The notes under the pieces were generated by a model. That model ran no database searches and was not told the DNA's origin. It saw only the letters and a program-made list of their open reading frames with translations. The translations under genes were made by a program, and so were the position numbers. Shown piece by piece: positions 27,902 through 34,648 of a stretch of 64,000 nt of DNA. Position 1 is the stretch's first letter, and every line of letters begins with the position of its first letter. The stretch lies in the IMG/VR virus record IMGVR_UViG_3300009506_000019, positions 64,001 to 128,000 of that record. One strand, 5' to 3'. Origin of the DNA: a virus.

Positions 27902-27988
27902 AAAATTCGCTTTAATACCGGCCCACATTGTCGTCGTTATGACGACTCTTCCGGTCCTTGCGACCGAATGTGTGCCGAGGGGTAACAT
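27881..27988 (-). CDS. Putative leader peptide 1 (35 aa) of the 14-tRNA operon
   Basis: MLPLGTHSVARTGRVVITTTMWAGIKANFRDTTVA*; last 27 residues use exactly the 12 amino acids of the downstream tRNAs; ATG 7 nt after TATAAT. Confidence 0.8.
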   Translation of the reverse strand: MLPLGTHSVARTGRVVITTTMWAGIKANFRDTTVA

Positions 27989-27995
27989 CACGATC

Positions 27996-28024
27996 ATTAT
28001 AACACAGCATGCTGTGCGTGTGAA
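27996..28024 (-). promoter_or_regulatory. Sigma70-type extended -10 promoter of the 14-tRNA operon, with 14-bp palindrome in spacer
   Basis: TTCACA-17nt-TATAAT, TGn; CACAGCATGCTGTG at 28003-28016. Confidence 0.75.
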
Positions 28025-28031
28025 TTATTAG

Positions 28032-28115
28032 TGCTGAGGGCGGGACTCGAACCCGCACGAGCAATTGCCCAGGAGATTTTAAGTCTCCAGTGTCTACCAA
28101 TTCCACCACCCCAGC
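28032..28115 (-). tRNA. tRNA-Leu(TAA), CCA not encoded
   Basis: Long variable arm, loop CT-TAA-AA, ends A-CTA. Confidence 0.92.
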
Positions 28116-28116
28116 T

Positions 28117-28202
28117 TGGTGGGCAAGGAGGGAATCGAACCCTCAATCCCGAAGGCACTGGTATTTGAAGCCAGCGTGTATACCAAGTTCCACCACTTGC
28201 CC
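28117..28202 (-). tRNA. tRNA-Leu(CAA)
   Basis: Long variable arm, loop TT-CAA-AT, CCA. Confidence 0.9.
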
Positions 28203-28280
28203 ATGAGCTACGCGCCCTGGAACCCTGTCGTAGCTCGATGACGCCCTCCTACGTGCTTGACGCCACACCACTTTCTCGAT

Positions 28281-28366
28281 TGGTGGGTGCGGAGGGAGTC
28301 GAACCCTCAATCCCGAAGGCACCAGATCCTAAATCTGGCGTGTATCCCAAGTTCCACCACGCACCC
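28281..28366 (-). tRNA. tRNA-Leu(TAG)
   Basis: Long variable arm, loop TT-TAG-GA, CCA. Confidence 0.92.
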
Positions 28367-28367
28367 T

Positions 28368-28453
28368 TGGTACGGGAGGCGGGACTCGAACCCGCACGGA
28401 CAAGCCACATGCTCCTCGGGCATGCGCGTCTACCATGATTCCGCCACTCCCGT
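28368..28453 (-). tRNA. tRNA-Leu(GAG), C33
   Basis: Long variable arm, loop CC-GAG-GA, CCA. Confidence 0.9.
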
Positions 28454-28463
28454 AGCTTACTTT

Positions 28464-28529
28464 TTACAAGGATAAGAGTCGCAGGAGGAAACCTGCGACA
28501 GCGATCGAGTTGTGCGTTTTATTCGCCAT
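28464..28529 (-). CDS. Putative leader peptide 2 (21 aa) of the tRNA-Leu operon
   Basis: MANKTHNSIAVAGFLLRLLSL*; Leu codons CTC CTG CTC TTA TTG; overlaps 8-bp hairpin GTCGCAGG/CCTGCGAC; stop 10 nt before tRNA-Leu(GAG). Confidence 0.7.
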   Translation of the reverse strand: MANKTHNSIAVAGFLLRLLSL

Positions 28530-28538
28530 CTCACTCCA

Positions 28539-28567
28539 AGTATAACATACTGGTGACCGCACATCAA
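28539..28567 (-). promoter_or_regulatory. Sigma70-type extended -10 promoter of the tRNA-Leu operon
   Basis: TTGATG-17nt-TATACT with TGn. Confidence 0.7.
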
Positions 28568-28586
28568 TCATTACCTATATCCGGAC

Positions 28587-28760
28587 ATGGACGAACAGCA
28601 ACAAAAAGATGCATTAGAGTTGTTGAAGGAAGCCACGGCAGCTCACCCAGACATTGTTTATGGAAGACCCAACACAGTAATTTCTCACACAGACATGGTG
28701 AATTGGTTGTATCAGTGGATTCCTCGAGTTCAAGGCTTCCTTGATGAAGTTGATGGATAA
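28587..28760 (+). CDS. Small hypothetical protein (57 aa, below ORF-track cutoff)
   Basis: MDEQQQKDALELLKEATAAHPDIVYGRPNTVISHTDMVNWLYQWIPRVQGFLDEVDG*; fills the divergent gap. Confidence 0.5.
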   Translation: MDEQQQKDALELLKEATAAHPDIVYGRPNTVISHTDMVNWLYQWIPRVQGFLDEVDG

Positions 28761-28812
28761 ATTGACAACCACCACGTGATTATGATCTAATTGGAAGTGA
28801 TAGGAGAACGTC

Positions 28813-28923
28813 ATGGATACCGTGATGAAAAACACAGGCTTCGCTGTTCTTGCCAACGCCCTTGTTGGTCAGTCGCAGCCGTGTTACTCCTATCATCATT
28901 ATTCACAACCACACAGTAGTTAA
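28813..28923 (+). CDS. Putative leader peptide 3 (36 aa) of the 7-tRNA operon
   Basis: AGGAG RBS; MDTVMKNTGFAVLANALVGQSQPCYSYHHYSQPHSS*; last 17 residues are only Q,S,P,C,Y,H; stop 16 nt before tRNA-Ser. Confidence 0.85.
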   Translation: MDTVMKNTGFAVLANALVGQSQPCYSYHHYSQPHSS

Positions 28924-28939
28924 GGCACGCTCACATAGA

Positions 28940-29029
28940 GGAGCGGTAGCCTAGCCTGGTAAGGCGGCGGGTTGCTAACCCGTTGGTGTGCTTGCACACT
29001 CGAGGGTTCGAATCCCTCCCGCTCCGCCA
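28940..29029 (+). tRNA. tRNA-Ser(GCT)
   Basis: Long variable arm, loop TT-GCT-AA, CCA. Confidence 0.93.
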
Positions 29030-29047
29030 TTTTCTTGTGAGGTTGTG

Positions 29048-29230
29048 ATGAAGGATGAATTCAAGAAAGCAGTAATCATGACAGGTGACGTACCGCACTG
29101 TTCGTGTCGGTATTGCAAAAACCTGAATCGCACCAGAATCGACAGGAAAAAGCAAAGAAAACAAAAGAGAAAAAGGAGGGCAAGACAGATTTTGAAGAAA
29201 TATTTACGTACGGGAGTAGCGCAGTGGTAG
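29048..29230 (+). CDS. Small basic protein with HCxCxxC motif inside tRNA operon
   Basis: GAGG before ATG 29048; MKDEFKKAVIMTGDVPHCSCRYCKNLNRTRIDRKKQRKQKRKRRARQILKKYLRTGVAQW*; last codons overlap tRNA-Pro. Confidence 0.6.
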   Translation: MKDEFKKAVIMTGDVPHCSCRYCKNLNRTRIDRKKQRKQKRKRRARQILKKYLRTGVAQW

Positions 29231-29284
29231 CGCACCGGTTTTGGGAGCCGGGGGTCGTGAGTTCAACCCTCACCTCCCGTACCA
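29210..29284 (+). tRNA. tRNA-Pro(TGG)
   Basis: Loop TT-TGG-GA, CCA. Confidence 0.9.
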
Positions 29285-29287
29285 AAC

Positions 29288-29375
29288 GGATGGGTAGCCT
29301 AATTGGTAAGGCACCAGTCTTGAAAACTGGCGATGCATTCGTGCACTGCGGGTTCGAGTCCTGCCCCATCCGCCA
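29288..29375 (+). tRNA. tRNA-Ser(TGA)
   Basis: Long variable arm, loop CT-TGA-AA, CCA. Confidence 0.93.
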
Positions 29376-29384
29376 GCTTAAATT

Positions 29385-29455
29385 GCACCCGGCCGCAGGC
29401 GAAAGCCGAATTGGACCGAGCGAAAGCCGAAAGTCCGAGGATGACGGCCGGGTGC
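29385..29455 (+). ncRNA. Unassigned structured RNA with GAAA tetraloops
   Basis: Perfect 11-bp stem GCACCCGGCCG/CGGCCGGGTGC enclosing GGC-GAAA-GCC and GGAC..GC-GAAA-GC..GTCC. Confidence 0.6.
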
Positions 29456-29460
29456 TTTAT

Positions 29461-29536
29461 GGCGGTTGTAGCTCAATGGAAGAGCATCCGGTTGTGGCCC
29501 GGAAGACGAGGAGTTCAATTCTCCCCAATCGCCCCA
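29461..29536 (+). tRNA. tRNA-His(GTG)
   Basis: G-1:C73, loop TT-GTG-GC, CCA. Confidence 0.92.
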
Positions 29537-29539
29537 AAA

Positions 29540-29614
29540 GGCCAGATAGCCAAGTGGCAAGGCATGGAGCTGCAACCTCCATCATCGTCGGTTCGATTCC
29601 GACTCTGGCCTCCA
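29540..29614 (+). tRNA. tRNA-Cys(GCA)
   Basis: Loop CT-GCA-AC, U73, CCA. Confidence 0.93.
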
Positions 29615-29615
29615 C

Positions 29616-29689
29616 AGAGGAGTCGCTCAATGGCAGGGCAACGGGTTTTGGCCCCGTTTATCTGGGTTCGATTCCCAGCTCCTCTTCCA
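29616..29689 (+). tRNA. tRNA-Gln(TTG)
   Basis: Loop TT-TTG-GC, CCA. Confidence 0.9.
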
Positions 29690-29694
29690 TCCAT

Positions 29695-29782
29695 GGGTGT
29701 GTAGACCGCTATGGACACGGGCTTGGCTGTAGACCAAGCGTGCTTTGGCACCGTGAAGGTTCGATTCCTTCCACACCCACCA
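29695..29782 (+). tRNA. tRNA-Tyr(GTA)
   Basis: Long variable arm, loop CT-GTA-GA, CCA. Confidence 0.9.
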
Positions 29783-30244
29783 TCAATCATCTGAAGCTTC
29801 AGCCCAGGTGAACTGAACACCCCAACTACCACTCGGATTATCAAACCAGTGGAGTGCCTCGGTGTGGTCGAGCCCCATCCTCATCTTGCCGTACGAAAAA
29901 CCATCTTCTCCATGGCCTGCGGTGTACTTCCCTCCACGAGTATTCAACTCCACATCACCGTTCTCCGGTCCATGTTTGGAAACTGTCGTCAAGCACCAAC
30001 CACCGTCTTCGTCTTTGTACATATCGACGTAGTAGTAGTCTCCTGGCGTATACTCCTTGCCTCGATTGTCGAGTGCCGGACCTCGGAAATTCAACGTGGC
30101 ATCGCCTGACGGAGTGAACTTCCAGAACACCGCATTCTCAGGATTCTTGCCATTCTGAAGGACTGGACCCAACTCGACGATGACTGAACGGTCCCACTTC
30201 TTGGTGACTGACAAACAACGGAATTTTGCGCGTACTTGTCTCAT
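29783..30244 (-). CDS. Hypothetical phage protein
   Basis: GGAGG RBS; RAKFRC...ENAVFWKFTPSG motif; own promoter. Confidence 0.7.
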   Translation of the reverse strand: MRQVRAKFRCLSVTKKWDRSVIVELGPVLQNGKNPENAVFWKFTPSGDATLNFRGPALDNRGKEYTPGDYYYVDMYKDEDGGWCLTTVSKHGPENGDVELNTRGGKYTAGHGEDGFSYGKMRMGLDHTEALHWFDNPSGSWGVQFTWAEASDD

Positions 30245-30315
30245 CTCTTCCTCCAAAAACGGTTTGAGTTGAGACCGCGCTGTTGACCCGGATCGCGGAC
30301 GTGCCGGTTACTATT

Positions 30316-30344
30316 ATTCTATCACAATCTGTACTTGACAGCAA
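30316..30344 (-). promoter_or_regulatory. Sigma70-type extended -10 promoter
   Basis: TTGCTG-17nt-TAGAAT with TGn. Confidence 0.55.
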
Positions 30345-30520
30345 CGCCACGACCACTTGGAGCCTGTGGATCGAGGAGGTCCTTTGGAACCATCATTTGC
30401 AACCACACAATCTCATACAACCGTTGCATGGTTTGAGAATAATCGTATGTGACACGAACAAGTGAAACTGTGGTGAAGGACTCACCACCAGCAGGGTCTA
30501 CCCCAACCAAAAGCTTTCGC

Positions 30521-30913
30521 TCAGGTCTGCCCTTCAGTAGCTTCAGGAGACACCTCTTGTACGTTTGGTACCTCTTTGGGAAGAGGAACAGACCTAGTGA
30601 ATGGGTTTGGGTTGTCGGGTGTTACCATACCTTCTGTTTGCGGTCTGATCACAATGGATTGTTGTAGATCGAATTTCCATCGTGAAACATCTTCACCAAC
30701 TCGTTGAGAAACCATCTTTGCAATCAATTCCTCCTGCAAAGCAAGGTTATCCAATTCTCTGCTTTTCAGCTCCTGTTGAAGTTTCAAGTTCTTGAACTTA
30801 AGAACCTCAGTTTCTGTAAGCCTATACCCACCAGGTTTTTTGGGCTTGTTCTCTGTTGGTGGTGCATCTTTGGGGTCAGTTCCACCGTTGCCTTTGACTT
30901 CTGCTTCAGACAT
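30521..30913 (-). CDS. Hypothetical coiled-coil protein
   Basis: AGGAG before ATG 30913. Confidence 0.65.
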   Translation of the reverse strand: MSEAEVKGNGGTDPKDAPPTENKPKKPGGYRLTETEVLKFKNLKLQQELKSRELDNLALQEELIAKMVSQRVGEDVSRWKFDLQQSIVIRPQTEGMVTPDNPNPFTRSVPLPKEVPNVQEVSPEATEGQT

Positions 30914-30962
30914 GGCTGTCTCCTGTAGGGTACTATATTTCAAAAGAATTTTGGATTTATCC

Positions 30963-31337
30963 CTACTCGATGGTTCCAGCAAAATGGCCATTATCAATCA
31001 ACCATTGATACAAAACTCGAGCAACACCATCATATAGAAGCTCTGCACCATCTGTTGGCAGAGAGGCTACCATGTCAGTAAAATCCGTAACATCAGGTAT
31101 CGGATCTCCTGCGCCATCAACCTGACCAATCATGTCTCTAATCGCATAATCTTTGGGAAAACCAACCGGTTGAAACATACCGGCTACCCATTTGGAATCT
31201 TGAATCGTACCATATTCAACCACAAAGCGTATGTATTTTGCTTCTGTCTTGAGCTGAAAATCTACAATTTTGACACGATCATAATCGAATCCCTCAAGAT
31301 CGCCAGGGCTGACCGCAGTTGTCAACAATAATGCCAT
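30963..31337 (-). CDS. Putative fibre-associated/chaperone protein, paralog of 4060..4392
   Basis: Directly downstream of 1097-aa fibre; shared motifs. Confidence 0.7.
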   Translation of the reverse strand: MALLLTTAVSPGDLEGFDYDRVKIVDFQLKTEAKYIRFVVEYGTIQDSKWVAGMFQPVGFPKDYAIRDMIGQVDGAGDPIPDVTDFTDMVASLPTDGAELLYDGVARVLYQWLIDNGHFAGTIE

Positions 31338-31346
31338 CTGAATCTC

Positions 31347-34300
31347 CTATCCTACAAATCCTTCTGGGGTTATGATTGTCGCCTGTACTGATGCCCTGCC
31401 ACCGTGAATCACCATCGGCTCATTATCTCCAGCTGCCCATCCTGACGAAGTAAAATCCCACTGAACATAAAAATGTGTCGTCTCATCTATGTCCTGATCT
31501 GTGCCAGAATTTATATTAAATACTGTATCGTATGCCGTAAGAGCATCTGTGACACCAGTGTTAAATTCAGTTGCTACTTGAGATCCACTACCATTAAAGT
31601 TTACTGCTCTTTTCCACATTCTAACACGAATGTTGAATGCCTGAAACATGTTGAACTTAGTCCAATATACATGAACTTGGGTGAGTTTACCGCCCTTAAA
31701 ACCACCACATGGAATGGTTATGTAACCAGCAATGTCCAATTTGTATAAGGATCTTCCTTGTCCATAGCATCTTGATTGACCACCCTGAAATCCATTTTGT
31801 GATTGGCCGCAGTTCATACCAGAAAAACCGATGAGGTATGTTTGAGTTGATGGTGTTCTAAACGCGTTTTTGTCCAATCCGTACACCAAATCCCCTCTTA
31901 GATTTGCTGCACGTACGTTGTTCCATTGTTGACCAGACAATCCCCAATCCTGAGCATTATTGAACCCAGGACAGAAGTTTCCATTACCAAGGCCAATCAA
32001 TGATGCATCAATGATACCATCATTTCCAGTATTTGCAAGAACAATAGCTCCGTCTGGTGCTGTTTGTCCACTGTCGGTTTTCTCTATCAATAAGAAATTG
32101 TTTGGTACATTTCCGGTGGCATTTACTATTGCTTGCAAACCAGATCCAGCATAACCAATACGAGCGCCATCTGCGTTTGGATTAGTAGAGCCATCACGCG
32201 TTGCGTTTGCGCCCCACCTAATGTTGGTTCTTTCTGTAACACCAAAATCGAAACCCCCAACATCAAGACTCCAGATGTTTGATGCAGCAATGTATGCATT
32301 CAATTCATTTGACGCTCTAACATACTCGAGCCTATCTACTTGGCTAGCAGTGTCAAATACAATCCTTGGATTGGAACCATCGAGTTCCAAATAGAATGCT
32401 GTGTCTTCAACTTCTACCCTATCACCAAAATGAACACGACCTACACCTGTGTGAACTGCCCAATTGTTAACACCACGGCTTTGGTTTTCTACCTTAATAC
32501 CGTACGCGTTGGTTATTTCTGTTGCTGCTGAGTGTGTTCCACCAGGAGCTTGAGCATGGACCGCAATGGCATTGCCAACATTGGCACCAGAATCAACATC
32601 AACTCTTCCCCACAAGCTGTCTGCTGTAGTGACTGTGCCACCTACATGTTGACCACGCACCAATGACAAAAGACCAACGGCATTAGCCATCGTGCCACTG
32701 CCGAAGTCCAAGATGACATCGGATCTTATACCCTGTTTGAGCCCATCCTCAGCGGTACTGTATTGTGCGGCACTGAAGATACCATATTGTTCTGTGCTGC
32801 GTCCGTAGGTGTGTGCTTTACCAACTACGGTAAGCTGTGCTCTACCAAGAGCATAGTTAACAACGTTCGGCCCATCATAGTTCGGATCAAGAATCCCTAC
32901 TTGACGATGTGTTATAGACGCTGGACTTTCAGCCTCATCGGTCTCTCCATCAAACCAAAGAGCTGCATCGTCCCTGATGTCGAATGGAGCAGTGATTCCG
33001 AATAGCCGCTTGTCCAATACTTCGTTTGGAGCGTTATTGACGCCAAAACCATTCCCCAAGAAACCAGTCGCGGCACCCGAGTAGACAACCGTACAAATAT
33101 GCAACCGATCTTTTAACTCGTTAGTGGTTGGACGATCCGAGATTGTCAGTGGACCAATCAAATCCCCAAAGGTTCCCAACGATGAACTAACCAGCAAATC
33201 GATATAATCGATACCATTATTGCTAAACAAACGCATTGGTAACGATCCGCTGGACGGGATGGCTTTTGCTGGTCCAGCCGAATCACCGGGTGCTGTATAT
33301 GTTAGCAAGTTAGAAGCAGTGGTAAAAGCAATTTGACCAGCACCAGCAACAGTGCCTTCACTCAAATCACGAAGTTGTACATAAGTCGTTAGTGTGCTGA
33401 GTGTGTCAAATCTTACACGCTCTCGTTTTTCGATGTCTGTCTGGCTATTTGGTCCATTCTTAGCAAATATTTCAAACAAAATTTGGGTATTATCTACCAC
33501 GTCCGTCATTGGGACGGCTGTTTGATTGGATGAGATGAATAAAGTACCACGGAGATACACATAAAAATTTGGACCGACTGTGATTGATAGTTCGTCTGGA
33601 GAGGCTCCAGTATTTACTACCGCCTGCAGTGTGGTTATATCAGAGTCACGCCTGATGCCGTTTGAATGCATCAGCGTCTGGTGTTCTTCAATTGGTGTTC
33701 CAGAAATACCGAGATCCGAAAGTGTCAGACCATGTGGGTTATTCGGTGTTGGAACACCGCTACCAACCAGAGATCGGTGATGAATATCATTTGATGAATG
33801 TCTCGGTGCATCTTCATAATAAAGATTTTGTACCTGAATTGTGTCCGTTTGATTGGATACTGGCAGAATTGCAGAAGATACAAATACTGTCAAAGTTTTG
33901 TTGGATGGAAATGACTCAAGTTCGAAGAAACCACCATCCAATACATTTACCGGATTTCCGGTAGTGTCATCTGGCGCGGTCCAAGTGAGAGTTCCATCAT
34001 TGAAATTGAATACTAAAGTTCCGTTACCGTTTGCTGTTCCGGCTTCTGCTGATGAAATTGTAACACCGGTAACATTGTTTGTAAGGTTGGCAATATTGAT
34101 AGCACTTCCAAATATCGGTGGAAGTTGTATTGCAGAAGACGGGATAGATACTCCGGATCCCTGAGCTATGACCGATGCTGCAATCAGAGTTCTATTGCGA
34201 GCATCATTATCAAAATTGTCGTCACTCTCTGGAAGAGCATCATATTGTGCTCGTGTGAATACTCTTAGCCGCACACTCCTATTTGCTTCTGTTGGGAAAC

Positions 34301-34637
34301 TATCTCCGGACGTCTCGTGTGGTTGTGGTCTATCGTAGCTTTCCGTATATACCAATACCACAAGATTTTCAACACCAACGGAAGAGTTGGCCAAAGAAAC
34401 AGCCGTGATACCGGATTCTAGTTCAGCCAGCTCTCCATCAGATGTATATCCATATCCAGCTTCAACATCGAGCAATGCTGGGTTGCCTGTGTTTGGAGTT
34501 ACAGAAAGACCAGCAACAACACCTGGAAAGGTATTATCAATGTGTCTTTGTAAAATATGGAAGGAGCGTGTGTCCTCAGTATGTTTGAGGTCTGATTGGT
34601 GGACCTCTACTCCCTCTGGGTATAAGCTTCTATCCAT
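31347..34637 (-). CDS. Putative tail fibre/baseplate-attached protein (long paralog)
   Basis: N-terminal ~550 aa colinear with 34649..36595; distinct G-rich C-terminus. Confidence 0.7.
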   Translation of the reverse strand: MDRSLYPEGVEVHQSDLKHTEDTRSFHILQRHIDNTFPGVVAGLSVTPNTGNPALLDVEAGYGYTSDGELAELESGITAVSLANSSVGVENLVVLVYTESYDRPQPHETSGDSFPTEANRSVRLRVFTRAQYDALPESDDNFDNDARNRTLIAASVIAQGSGVSIPSSAIQLPPIFGSAINIANLTNNVTGVTISSAEAGTANGNGTLVFNFNDGTLTWTAPDDTTGNPVNVLDGGFFELESFPSNKTLTVFVSSAILPVSNQTDTIQVQNLYYEDAPRHSSNDIHHRSLVGSGVPTPNNPHGLTLSDLGISGTPIEEHQTLMHSNGIRRDSDITTLQAVVNTGASPDELSITVGPNFYVYLRGTLFISSNQTAVPMTDVVDNTQILFEIFAKNGPNSQTDIEKRERVRFDTLSTLTTYVQLRDLSEGTVAGAGQIAFTTASNLLTYTAPGDSAGPAKAIPSSGSLPMRLFSNNGIDYIDLLVSSSLGTFGDLIGPLTISDRPTTNELKDRLHICTVVYSGAATGFLGNGFGVNNAPNEVLDKRLFGITAPFDIRDDAALWFDGETDEAESPASITHRQVGILDPNYDGPNVVNYALGRAQLTVVGKAHTYGRSTEQYGIFSAAQYSTAEDGLKQGIRSDVILDFGSGTMANAVGLLSLVRGQHVGGTVTTADSLWGRVDVDSGANVGNAIAVHAQAPGGTHSAATEITNAYGIKVENQSRGVNNWAVHTGVGRVHFGDRVEVEDTAFYLELDGSNPRIVFDTASQVDRLEYVRASNELNAYIAASNIWSLDVGGFDFGVTERTNIRWGANATRDGSTNPNADGARIGYAGSGLQAIVNATGNVPNNFLLIEKTDSGQTAPDGAIVLANTGNDGIIDASLIGLGNGNFCPGFNNAQDWGLSGQQWNNVRAANLRGDLVYGLDKNAFRTPSTQTYLIGFSGMNCGQSQNGFQGGQSRCYGQGRSLYKLDIAGYITIPCGGFKGGKLTQVHVYWTKFNMFQAFNIRVRMWKRAVNFNGSGSQVATEFNTGVTDALTAYDTVFNINSGTDQDIDETTHFYVQWDFTSSGWAAGDNEPMVIHGGRASVQATIITPEGFVG

Positions 34638-34648
34638 CACTTACCTCT

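Noticed and set aside
28762-28791. Promoter for the plus tRNA operon
   Set aside because: Perfect TTGACA, but the -10 candidates are at 13 nt (TATGAT) or weak at 18 nt (TCTAAT); plausible but not called.
29385-29455. Hammerhead ribozyme or c-di-GMP riboswitch
   Set aside because: The CUGANGA core and the riboswitch consensus are not recognisable; kept as unassigned RNA.
26395-29782. CRISPR-like periodic repeats
   Set aside because: The recurring motifs are tRNA T- and D-loop consensus; no identical repeat-spacer pattern and no cas genes.
30322-30510. 62-aa minus ORF
   Set aside because: TTG start, no clear RBS or motif, overlaps a predicted promoter; cannot support.
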